NCBI GenBank assembly: GCA_002633005.1
Contig: NMRA01000317.1
Coordinates: forward strand, 450,614 to 514,613
From: Phoronis australis
Taxonomy: Eukaryota > Animalia > Phoronida
DNA: 64,000 bases
Direction of reading: 5' to 3'
A model generated the notes under the pieces. That model saw nothing but the letters and a program-made list of their open reading frames with translations, did not search any database and was not told the origin of the DNA. Every line of letters begins with the position of its first letter. Position 1 is the stretch's first letter. Shown here piece by piece: positions 27,270-39,235 of this stretch. The position numbers were made by a program, and so were the translations under genes.

Positions 27270-27474
27270 AGTATTATATTCCACCTGGAAACACACCCGC
27301 AGCATCCTACGTTCCATCAGTGCGTGACCCGCAACTTTTTTGCCTCCGAGTCAGAAGAACTCGCCTACAATCTTTTCCACTTGATGATTCTATACGGCAC
27401 TCCGCTCATTATAATTTTGTTTAGTTATGGCTCAATTCTTTTTGAGATGCACAAAAAGGCCAAGGAATGTAAAG
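27270..27474 (+). CDS. GnRH/AKH-type GPCR exon (ECL2, TM5, start of ICL3)
   Basis: ttgtttcag|AGT...AAAG|gtaaga; phase 0 to 1; SIIFHLETHPQHPTFHQCVTRNFFASESEELAYNLFHLMILYGTPLIIILFSYGSILFEMHKKAKECK. The ECL2 HP...QCVT signature favours the GnRH/AKH/ACP clade over corazonin receptors; joins in frame to SIPE across a ~26.3-kb intron. Confidence 0.95.
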
Positions 27475-27569
27475 GTAAGAGTTTTAATGGCGCGGTATAA
27501 TTTCAGCGCCCCTGAATGCCAACGATCTTCAAAATTACCATGTAGGTTACTTGTTTGCGAGTCGGGAAT

Positions 27570-27963
27570 AGGGCTGTCCCGGATAACTCGGCGATAGAAC
27601 TCTCCTTTGTCCTGGCAATAAGAAAGCGCGTGACCTTGTTTTGGAAATCGGGCACAAAGGCGTGCCTCTCTTTGATGTCAGGAGGACGGAAAATTTCAAA
27701 TCACGCACCCACGGGTATTTGTCCACTTTATCAAAATTTCTCACGTCGGAGCTGCTGCCCACAGCATAGCAGTAACACTTTATTGGCATTGGAAGGACGA
27801 ATAAAGTAATGTAACAGAGAAAAACTTTTCAAGAATCAGACAACGACATATAACATGTGGAGCCCCAATGGCATGTAAAGGCAGCAAATGTGCCTGGCGG
27901 ACGTTTACGGCGTTGAGAGTAAATACAGCGAGATTGGAGTGTCGCGTAATCCGGGACGGCCCT
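27570..27963 (+). mobile_element. PIF/Harbinger-like MITE (~400 bp), copy 1
   Basis: aat|agggctgtcccggataac ... gtaatccgggacggccct|aat; 3-bp TSD. Confidence 0.82.
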
Positions 27964-30308
27964 AATGTCGAAGATGCGCATTCAGTGATACAATGCAGTG
28001 CGACCTACCGGCAGTTTTTAAATGTTATTTTCCAGTTTAAGGCAGGTCACTATCTAATATTGTGCAGTGGATAAGTAACTTTCAGTTGCAAGCTCTTTGG
28101 TTGTATTAGCGGTTTTTCATACAGGCGCATGCGCCTAAATTTGGATATTACGTATTCCTAGGTTCGTGGATATTGTTGTATGCGGCATAAAAAGCCAAAA
28201 TAATATTTTGTCTTCGCTTTCATACTGTATAGTACATCTGAATTATGAATTATGAATTTTACCGTGCTTTGCGAGTTATGCTGTGTCTCAGATGCGACAG
28301 AAGTATCGCCAGATGTAGCCCAATCACCCATTTTTACGTTGTTTGGTCATTATGATACGTCCGGTCACATGTATTAGTAAGGCATCAGAACTCACGTACG
28401 CGAAGCGTTCCTTTATATCCATAAATTATCCTCGTGGTTTTATACACCCTCAATTTCCAAAATTATCTACATGTTTCCACTGTGTACACATCAAAAAGCA
28501 ACACCACCTAACTTCTTGTTTGCTCACATCTTTGATCATTAGTGAACAGGTGTTTTCGATTTGTTTTCGATACTTGACAAAACGGCGTTCATCGTGGCCA
28601 ATCACTAAATAAGTAACGCACTAACGACAAAAACATTTTTAATTTGCAGTAAATCAGTCTATAAGCTGACTTTCGTTTATACTACGTGCCGGTCTCAACT
28701 TGTTTTGTGCTCTAACTAGAGATGACTTTGGGCTTGGACATTACTGGTTGGATAGCAGGGCTCAAAAAGTTCACGGCGGGTAATTTTAGGCGTCGATGAC
28801 CATGATCTCACCCACTAATAATGTGTCAGGGATTTGACTCTTCGTTTGAAGCCCAAGTATCGATCTCACTCGAGTAAAGAGCAAGTCGAGACCTGTTTTA
28901 TAGTGACAGGATCCTAGAAAAATGCCCAGATTTGGCTAATTTCGGCGTGAACGTCACATCTCAGGAAAAGGTGATCGAATTCATGCAAAACGTTCAGATA
29001 CCAAGCTTTATGCACTCACCTCCAAAATGTTATTAGGAATCGTTTTTAAAAAATGTCCCCCTTTTGCATGAGGGGCTACCAAAATAGGACAAAGTTTGCA
29101 TGAAACGAACATGAAATGATAATTTTGAAAACTGCATAAGGTTTTTGAGATTTTAACTTGAACGTATTTATCAAATGAAATTTGCCTGTGTTCCGGACAC
29201 TGTTGTAGTTTCCTATGAATGTATCGTTTCGCTAAATTTTACTAAAAGCCCATGGTCGCGTGACCCTATACAGTTGGCTAAATACACAAAACTTGTCGAT
29301 ATGGTTCTACTTCCGAAAGTTGAAAGTCTGTAGTCTTTGATTTTTAGCTAGCTCATAAAAAATATTAGGAAGACGGGCGTAACATTTCAGACGACTTCCT
29401 GCTATCTTTGCTAAAAGTGTGTTTCCGTTGTCAATTTGCCAAATGTTTCTACAAGATTTAAACTACCGAAACGAGTTAATGAGATGCAATAGGCTGTGGA
29501 CAATTAATGTCCGGTAGTTCCTCCGCTTTCAGCGCTCATGTTTAATTGATTGTGATTGAGACAAAAAATGATCTCATTAAATATTCAATTAGAAACTCCC
29601 CGGAGTAGGAATCTGACGTAAACTAGATAACAAACATGTCCTCGTTTGAATCTAAATAACACGCAATCGATCAGCAAACGTTCTCGTATCCAACGATACA
29701 CATGGCAGTGGATGATCGAATGTCGTAAAAACATGGCTCATGACTACCAATTGCGTATTGACCTGACCAATGTACCTCCTTCAATTTCCTTGCATTTTTA
29801 GTTTTGTTTCTGTTTGAGACTAGGCCCTGTCTACGCACTCCATTTTTTCGCATACGAATCCGTATACAGTTGTCTTAATTCGTTTAATCGGTGTAGTAAT
29901 TGATGCTGTTATTGCGACTCCGCCCATTACGAACCGACTCAATATTTGCAGTCACAACCATTTCATAAATTTATGAACCATATAAACACAAACGCCTACA
30001 GCTCTGTATTCTCTAAAATTCTCTTTTTGAATTTGAAAAATTGAATAAGTTTGTTCTCAAAATCTATGCACATCAAAATTTAATGTTCTTTTATTTCCAG
30101 AAGTAGATCTATGGCAAACTTACCGACACATGATAGGCGTACTAGACATTACATTATAAAAAGACCTGAAGTCTCCCTGACGTTACAGCGACCAGCATAT
30201 TTTTTGGTCGTGTCTCTTGAAAGGGTTACGCAACCTGATCCCCGTAGACCCCCCGCTGTTCGGTATGACTTTCGAATGTCCAACAACTTTAGGTGCAGTT
30301 ATTTTCAG

Positions 30309-30458
30309 CGCAAACATCACCAGACAATTCCAATGGAACTAGGAGTGGATCGGAGAGGTGCTGGGCATTTCACCGAGCAGAAAGTCAACTAAGACGGTCA
30401 ACAAATGGACGAATGGAACAAGCACGCATGCGCACGCTTAAGATGACGATTGTAATAG
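30309..30458 (+). CDS. GnRH/AKH-type GPCR exon (ICL3 and start of TM6)
   Basis: attttcag|CG...ATAG|gtaggt; phase 1 to 1; (A)QTSPDNSNGTRSGSERCWAFHRAESQLRRSTNGRMEQARMRTLKMTIVI; ARxRTLKMT is a family hallmark. An alternative in-frame acceptor would start the exon at 30381. Confidence 0.88.
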
Positions 30459-30600
30459 GTAGGTCAGCTCAAATTACATTCTCACTTCATGTATCGCAGA
30501 GGTAACATTCAGTAGACAGTAACTTCTCCAACATTAACGGAACTACTGTTCAGATTATATAGTCGTGTTGTAAAAAAAACATTCATATGGTATATGTATA

Positions 30601-30961
30601 TGTAAGAATTATTTGACTCCGTACAAGCCATACCTTTAGTCACATCACGTGACCTATAGTTAAGTTTGAAAAAAATTCTGTAATCCGACTGAGGTTCGAA
30701 CCCGGGACTTTCTGCTAACCGTGCAGACGATCTAGTTCACTGAGCACACGGTTATATACATGCATAGGTACTCCCAAGTTTGGGTAAGACCCCTTCTATT
30801 TATTAGTTTGTTTGGATTTCTGTAATTGACTTGTGAGCCCGATAACTCAGCGGACTAGAATTAGCAGAAAGTGTCAGACTCGAATCCCGGTCGGGACGGA
30901 GATGTTTAGGTCACGTGATGTGACTCACATATGGCGTTTATGGAGACTAATAATCCTTGCA
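30601..30961. mobile_element. Palindromic element with two outward-facing tRNA-like modules
   Basis: Termini tgtaagaattatt / aataatccttgca; gtcacatcacgtgaccta in both arms; A-box- and B-box-like motifs (ggttcgaacc on -, gactcgaatccc on +); flanks gtata/gtaca. Confidence 0.7.
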
Positions 30962-33900
30962 GTACAGATTGGTTGCAACTAAGTTATTTTGACCAAAGCA
31001 CAGATAAATTCTGCAAATAATACCTCACAAAATACTGACTTGTAATAAAAATACATGCTCTGCTAGACTACCGGTGCAATCAGCGCTAACTATATGGATT
31101 ACGCACCCGCACTCATTTCCTTTACAACAATGTTCATGTCCCTATATTCACAAGAAACGAAAATATTTTTTATCACGCCTTTGTTTTTGCGCGAGTAAAG
31201 AAAAGTTACAAACAGTACTGGTGATCGATTCGTATTTGTCATTAGGTATGGTAAACAAGATGTCATTGTATTTTGTTGATGTCTGAATCTGAAAATGAGG
31301 TCCTATAGTCATTAGCTGGAGATGCATTCCATTTAATTGAATTCATGGGCAAGTTGTTAGTTCCCTCCTGAGAGATTAAGACAATGCCTGCATTTGACTG
31401 TCTTCACCGGTCAACCGGCTAAGATACTTGATCTACAACACGGAAGTCGTCATCGAGATCCAGTCAGATGTCTGACCGGTTGACCCGGAGAAAACCGTCG
31501 AAGTCGATCAAGTGCAGCTTTTGGTTATAATATCAGCATGTTTCGGGTAATTGAAATGCCTACTGGACACGAGAAACATTTAGAATAAATCGGGAGTAAA
31601 TTGTCAGCTGCTTTGCCAGAGATCGAAACATTGAATATATGATCGTGTCAACATTTTTCGGATTTCCTCTAACTATTGAAATGCGTACTGAGGATCAAGC
31701 AAAAAACATCGATGAAGGAATCTGATGTGTTGAATACGAAAACACCAGCAATAGGTCAATCAATAACACTTTTGTTATTGGGGTTGAGGGCAAGTGTGGT
31801 TCCCTTCAGAGCATCATCTTCGCCCAGTCTACCATTGACAACCACTGCAGGAGAGCTGGCAAACTTCAGTCAGTTTCGTACCATTGTTATAAATAATGCA
31901 ATCTGCATAGGATTTATTGACGTTAATTCTTATCGATTTTAGGACGTGTCATTATAAATAAGGCCAATTTCAGGTAAAGTTGACTGATAATATAAAAACT
32001 TCCCTGAAATAACGTACTAGCATCTGTAAACGAGGCTTAACGTGTCCCGCTCATGGCTTCACAATATTCAATATCGTTTGGACCCTCATGTGGAACATAT
32101 ATTGCAGCAATGGTTAATTCACAGCTTAAAATACATGTTGCTCAAATAAGGTCAAAAGTATCTCTGCAGTCAGAATCCCACAATCTCATTTATACTCCTT
32201 TATTTGGACTATGGTAATGTTGACCAAGAGTTCGTTTCTGACCGCAGCATCGCCAAATCATGGCTCGAATAAAGCGATGCAAAACTGTCGAGTGAGCAGC
32301 AAACATTTCTTGCCTCCGGGTTACAAAAGGGGCGTGTACTCTGAGATCAGGACGGTACCTTCAAAACATGTTAGAAAGAACGACGCCATACCGTTCCCAT
32401 TGTCCTTCACTCTGTCGCCACCTGCTCTGAACGACTTCTTGAAACACGGAGTGACCGAACTTAGAGTCACCCGTGCGTGTGAGAATCCAAAACATCTTCC
32501 AAATCCACGAATCAGCACATCGCCGCCATCTGCTGGATTTTTTTCCATGAACCACCCTGCATTTTCCACTAGTGTTTTAGCCTCTTCGTACGAGTAACTA
32601 AGCATACTGAAGTTGTCATGACAATAGAACTTGGGAATTTGCGCCAAAACGTCCCAGTACGTCTGGCCTTGACGCTTTGTCCACTCTGTTCGATCGCTAC
32701 CAAAGCCCCCGTATATTCAGGTTCAACGAAACAGGCTCCTTGGTCGTGAAAAAAATCATCGTCATTTCCACTGTCTACCAATTCCTCTAAACCGAGTTGT
32801 GATCTTCTTCAACCACTTCCCGTCCAGTAGGTCAAATAATATCTTAGCCCTACTCAGCGGAGCTCTAGCTCAATCTTGGGTTGTCCAAGAATGCTCGTCG
32901 AAGACAATTCTTGGTTACAACAAATTTCACAGCGCACAAACATAGATGGCGGGAAATACCTGGGCCACGAACGTCACTTCCGCAAAGACGTTTGCATAAT
33001 TAATTGGAATCCAAGGCATTTGACTAACTTCGAATAATGTCTAGTATAACCAGAAAATAATATTGCATTTTGCTCAAGTGCACTATGTAAACGGTTGCCA
33101 ATGGTTTCTCCTTTAGTTACTGACTTTCAATCCACTGTACCATGCATTTTAAAATTCTTGACGACCACAGAGTAATGACCACAGAAATAATGCTTGGATG
33201 TTTGTAATTACATGACCATGTTTTTCACAAAAAAATCATGTTTTTAAGGTGATAATCTTAACTTTTACAAGCGTAATTTTTTTGCACGGAACAAAAGTCT
33301 GTTTTCAAATTTATCCAAAGATCTTTTAAACCGAGAACTTGGCTCTAGAAATTTAAGACATGGTCACAAAAGTAGACATTGACAGGCATCATTTTTCTAC
33401 ACTTACTCTATCTCTGCTACCATACTTGCGAACTATTCACGTTTGCAAGTGTAATGAATGCAAACAATTAAAGAATGGCACTAATTATTGAAATTGCTAC
33501 ATGAATAACACATACTTAAGCGGTTTTGTGACGCCGCCGACACGCTGGGAATAAATGAGATTTGTCTCACCCGTTTTCTCGTGATTGACTCAGTTGAACG
33601 TGCAGCACTGGCTGTCGGGCGAACGAGAGACAGACAGGGAGCTCAGAGAACTTAGCATAGACGAGCGAGGTACAAACAGCTGACCATGAGAGAGTTCAAA
33701 GTGCACCGTAATATCAAGGGCGGCGCACTCTAGTGGGCTGGGGGATATAGCCCCCCACTATTTTCAGTGCTAGGCCGCCCATGGTCTATGGTCGGTGCAC
33801 CACAAGGGAGCGGGGGGCTATGGCCCCACTTTTTTCAGTGCTGCGCCGCCCATGAATATGTGCAGACATTGATGTCTGCCGGTGTATGTGCGCTCTTGGT

Positions 33901-34064
33901 GTGATCCTAAATTCTGTGTGTGTTTAGTTTATGTCAGCGATATCATTGACATATAAAACACTTTCATAAATGTCGTCCAATTCGTTTTATAACGCAAACA
34001 TGCAATGATGGATGATGATCGATTTGCTTCTAAAGGTAATTGCCAACCCTTCGTTACAAAAGAT

Positions 34065-34154
34065 CACATACACCCACACACACAAACACACACACACACA
34101 AACACACACATGTACATACACATACACACATACAGATACATATCGTATATACGT

Positions 34155-34217
<63 letters not shown>
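34065..34217. repeat. Imperfect (CA)n directly followed by perfect (TG)n
   Basis: Directly visible. Confidence 0.95.
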
Positions 34218-34218
<1 letters not shown>

Positions 34219-35879
34219 CATGTTTTGCTTTTTGATAAATTCAAGCTTAAACGGTTCCGTATACTTTTACTGAGTTCTCATTTTTTTACTTGCATTTTTG
34301 AACAGTTAGGGAGACCTTCTACACGACTGACATTTTCTGACGCCGTTGACTCTAACTCACCTGGTCTCGGATATAAATGTCAACTGTATATACAAATAAT
34401 TGTAATAACCACGAGGAGTCACCAATTAAACACTGCCAGTGTTCTTTTTATTTTCTAATACAAACGTGCACGCATCTCCTGAATGCCAAATTAAGAAGAA
34501 AATATCATTTTCCGAGAGGAAAATGTCTCGGAAAATGTCATTTCTTTAGAAATTCTACTTTAGGGATATATTTAACCGTGAAGACAATTCTACCTTTTAT
34601 CATAATTTAATGGCAGAGCTCCCGGGATTTCGACCATTTGACGTTTTGGCATTGTCTTTGACCCCCTTTTGTACATCTCAGAATCTCATGGAGGCACATG
34701 TTACTGGAATAGTTCGATATAACTTGATGATGTTGTCAACTTCTCCCGAAAAATGCAATTGTCATTTTTGAATATACATGGTTTCCAGACACGTCCAATA
34801 ATTTAATAGTGCAAATTTGCAGGATCTCGGCATACCATAATCTTTTCGATACAACGATATGTTTTAAACTGAATTGAATCGGCAAGTCGCTTGCCAAAGT
34901 TAACTTATAATTTCAACAGCATCTTGTGTGATTTTTTTGTGGTTTCTGTTGGGCTCAATCCAAAGTATTTTTCCTGGCAAAGGCAGTTTAGACGCCAAAG
35001 AATAATGAATAATATAGACTTGTTTTTGTGGTACCTCGAATGTTTGAACAAGCTCAATTTCTGGGCTCCTTTTTGGTTTCTGAGGGGCCTCTTCGAGACT
35101 GAAATATTTCGCCATGAATCATTCGGTGCTTAGTGTAGCGTGGTTGTTTATTTTAAATCAGTTTTGAAAGACACTTTGAATGTCTTCTCTAGCTCACCTT
35201 TTCAATAGTATTCCGTGTGTGAGAAGTTTGGGGATTTCTGGTGGGCCCAATCTAGAGTGCACTTTGTTTGAATCATCTGGAATTATTTTTTTCTGTGGCA
35301 CTTCAAATGTTTGAGCTTGCTCAGTTTTGAGAGGAGCTCGTTCATCTGTACAAAAGGGTCGGAGCCGCCGGTTTAACAGTGCGAGTGAGATTTCTACAAC
35401 GAGAATAAAGACGAAGAAAACAGACCCAATCGACGGTGATTGGAGAAATATATTTTGACTGATGCGCTATCGAAGAACGCAGCGTCACAGTCAACCAATA
35501 CCAGCTGACACATTGTTGGCTTCTTGTGACATGTTAGGAGACCTCGTGGCAAATCAGCGTATTGGAAATTTACAATATATTATTATACATTAATCAGATT
35601 TAAACAATGGGTATAATGCAACAGGCAATTTATTAACACAGCAAGATAAACGTTAACATCTTCTGACGTCAAAAAGACACCAACTAACGGGTATAGCTCT
35701 AAGGTTTTGAAATCTATGGTTTCTTAGGTTGAAAATGAATGAAATGAAATTGAACAATGCAGCTGGCCACAGCACAGCATAATAACGCCAGGCATTAGAT
35801 TTTAATAAAATAGTCATATATTAATAACAGCTGACAATTTTTCATATAATTTTTAATAACAGTGAGATACCACGACAAT

Positions 35880-36279
35880 AGAACCGTCCCGGATTACACA
35901 GCGACACTCGAATCTCAATGAATTTACCCACATTGACGTAAACATCCGTCAGGCACATTTGCTGCCTCGTTTTCTTGTCACTGGAGTTTCACATGTTATT
36001 TATAATTGTCTGATTCTTTACAAGTTTTTCTCAGTTACATTACTGTATTCGCCCTTCCAATGCCAACGAAGCACTACTGCTGGGCTGTGGGCTGCAACTC
36101 CAACGTGAAACAATTTGATAAACTGGACAAATACTCTTAGAGGTGTGACATGAAATTCTTCGCCTTTCAGACATCACTGGGAGACACGAATATGTGTCTG
36201 ATTTCCAAAACGAGGTCACGCGCTTCCTTATCTCCGGGACAAAGAAAAGTTCGATAGCCGTGTAATCCGGGACGGCCTT
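35880..36279 (-). mobile_element. PIF/Harbinger-like MITE, copy 2 (inverted relative to copy 1)
   Basis: Same TIRs (ccgtcccggattac); internal sequence is the diverged reverse complement of copy 1. Confidence 0.82.
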
Positions 36280-37200
36280 ATTTTTCAAATAACCGTTCGG
36301 TACTCAGTTCTCCCCATTTTATAATGCATAAGCCAACCGGCGCGTCACCAATCCTGCATAGCACAAAAATGACCAGTGACCTGGTTAAAGCTACGAACGT
36401 TACGTGTACAGATAACCTAATTGTATAAAACATTGATTACCATTTCAAACGTGAAAATGACGTTAGTTGGGTTTATTGACGACTATGTTGTAAAGCGTAC
36501 GAACGGCACTGAAACATCGTTGTAATTTATTTCCACGGGTAATTCTATATTCAATTCATCGGTTTGGGATCAAACTCAAGCAAGGGGTTGGTTACTAGTC
36601 ATAATAGATCATTTTCGATTATAATCGACCATCGCCCATCACTAGAAACGCGTGCAAGCACACATGAGACTTATTAGCATAGAAAAGCAAAACGTCGCCA
36701 CTGAAATGAGTGGACTTCGAGTGCCTTGTTTTACGAAACGCATCCCTGGTGATGTACAGTAACTGACCTGCTATGGCATACCTAGTCCTCTCTATTATGA
36801 TAACAACCTCCTGTTAGAGCCTGGCTAAAAAGCAAGATTTCGCGAGATTACGTGAGATATTGCCGTGTATTTTAAATGAGAACACGCGACTTTAGCTAGG
36901 TCACTGAACGCACGCCTGAACTACAGGTCACGTGTCGGCGGCCTTTCCTTACTCGTCCAAACGGGTGTAGGTTAGTTGACTGGACAACATTTCAGATTTG
37001 TTTCAAACTTTCGAGGATTGAGTATGGTTACAACTATTATTAAAATCTCATTGTCTATTTACACTGACCTCTTGTCTATTTACATTGTCACGACGTTTCG
37101 GTCGGTCTATTCTCCGGTCATCATCAGGTGTTCCTTGTTCTTAGACGAGTGACCACGGATATGTGGTATACTCATCATGGTGTTTTTTTGATTATACATT

Positions 37201-37278
37201 GTCCGGAGAAGGATATGAACCCACGACTTCTGAAACTAAGATATTTTAAGTCCAGCACCTTAACCACTACACCACGGA
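37201..37278 (-). pseudogene. tRNA-Leu-like pseudogene or SINE head
   Basis: ccgtggtgtagtggttaaggtgctggacttaaaat...gtgggttcatatcc resembles tRNA-Leu(TAA), but the stems and T-loop are degraded. Confidence 0.45.
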
Positions 37279-37465
37279 GTGTGGTTACAGAGCAATGTTT
37301 TGTTTCAAATACTTAGATGATTTTGTCATAGTTAATATTTCCTCATGCACTGTACAAAACAGGGTTTTGGATTTTCCAAAGTATTTTAACAGTCCACGCC
37401 GGGCTGTCAAGGTACACACATCAATATTACACAATGCTAAACACTGTTCCCTCCTTATTTTGTAG

Positions 37466-37529
37466 TGCTGGCATATATCATCAGCTTTACGCCGTACTTT
37501 GTCTACTCGCTATGGTGGTGGGTTGACAG
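37466..37529 (+). CDS. GnRH/AKH-type GPCR exon (TM6)
   Basis: ttattttgtag|TG...GACAG|gtaagt; phase 1 to 2; (V)LAYIISFTPYFVYSLWWWVD aligns to the family pattern FxxCWTPYYVxxxWYWxD. Confidence 0.9.
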
Positions 37530-38682
37530 GTAAGTTCTTTTGTTACAACGCGGCGCACTTAAAAATTAACCAGACGAAAGTTCATGTCTCCGTCATACTA
37601 GACACTGTGCTGGTGAATTTCGGCTTGCGATACTGTGTCAGCTGCCATGACGGGGAATTCCTGACCGAGTACGACCGACGAAACGACATCATGGACCCTA
37701 GCATTCCGCAATAACCGAAAAAATGGACGGAATTCTCAGAATCAGACGTTTTTCACAGAATTAAAGGTTTCGAACATAACGGAAAAAAATTATTAGTAGA
37801 TACAAGAATTCTTAGATCTTTAGTTTTTAATTACCGAAAATTAAATATATAATCAGTGAATTTTGTTACCCGAGAACAATTCTGGTCACGGCTCGATCGG
37901 CGATCGCTCATTCCCTTCTAAACTTACCCCCAGTTCAGTCTTGAACTGCCAGTGCGATTCCGCCAGCGGTTAGTCGCCGTGACAGGAAATTCAATCATTG
38001 TCATGTTGTCCGACCAATTTTGACACATACTGTTATACTTTCGAGTTATGTACGAGGCACTGCAACCAGCAGGTCACTTTGGCAAACACAACGGCCTCTT
38101 ATTCGGCATGAACAAATCAAGAAATATAAGAGATGACGCAAACAGGGTGCAAGTCGAATGTGTGGTTTTTGGTAATATTTTAATACCCAACTACTTGCAC
38201 AGTTGATTTTAAAGTGAGATTGCGAGTGCACAGCCACAGTACAACACCTAGCGGGACTCTTGTACGTGGGAACACGTGTGTGCGATACCTGTTTATTTAT
38301 TTCCATTTGCCAGAAGAAATGATTCTGAAATAAAGTGAATTTTAAGACTTCCAGTTCTCCGCGATTGTAGCGAGTTTGTGATGGTGTTCGTATCAAACCT
38401 TTTCCATACTGGATTTTGAACCTCCACAATCACGCGTAGTCTCACTTTTACTAACGTTCCAATACATTTTAAAACGAGATAACAACTGAAAAGTGTCTCC
38501 TGTCAGCTCTCAGTCAGCTGTTCTCAGTCACAATAACGATTTTTCAATTAGCAAGAACCTGAGAAGGTTTTCTTCAAAACATTTATCAATGATTTCCTTA
38601 ATTTCAAGGTCAAGTTTACTGTTAGCGCTCATCGCGTTTCACTGAACTTGACCTCATTTAAATAATTCCCACGAGATCTTAA

Positions 38683-38727
38683 AGGAGAATGCCACCCGAT
38701 TTAATTAGACTTTTTTGCCGTCTTAAT
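38683..38727 (-). mobile_element. Solo right end of the same Kolobok-like family
   Basis: ttaa|aggagaatgccacccgatttaattagacttttttgccgtcttaat is the reverse complement of the right terminus of copies 1 and 2. Confidence 0.75.
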
Positions 38728-39146
38728 GCACAACAAAAAAGTACAGCTAAAAATCGACTCGATTTTCAAAAAACACAAATCAGAACAAGTATGCTTTTTT
38801 GGCTTAATAGACATGACGCCTTTTATTCCTCTATCGTCGAAAAAATGTTTCTACCAAAAGCGTGACTCCCCTGTCATGCCTTTCGGGATTCTGTAAAATA
38901 TTCAAACAGCGTTCGCATTGACTGATGTCCGTTATTGCATTTACATCGACTTAACTGGTTTAGTATTCAGGCAGTAACCCAGTTTGCCGAATTTATTGTG
39001 TATTGTGTATTGTTTGTTCTAAGAAAAAGTTTTGTAAAAAAAAACAAGACCTTAGATAGTCTTCAGCATATATGTATATATCGAGACTTCGAAAGTCTGA
39101 AGTATTTGTATATGTTAAAACATTTTTTGATCATATATATTTGCAG

Positions 39147-39235
39147 CACCACTGCCGTCAATTTACCTGCACCGCTGCAAAGAGGCTTGTACTGGTTTAG
39201 TATATCTAACACATGCGTGAACCCGATCGTTTACG
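39147..39235 (+). CDS. GnRH/AKH-type GPCR exon (ECL3, TM7 with NPxxY)
   Basis: atttgcag|C...TACG|gtaagt; phase 2 to 1; (S)TTAVNLPAPLQRGLYWFSISNTCVNPIVY(G). Confidence 0.94.

Noticed and set aside
30680-30900. Functional tRNA genes
   Set aside because: Anticodon loop and acceptor stems are non-canonical or deleted; treated as tRNA-derived repeat modules
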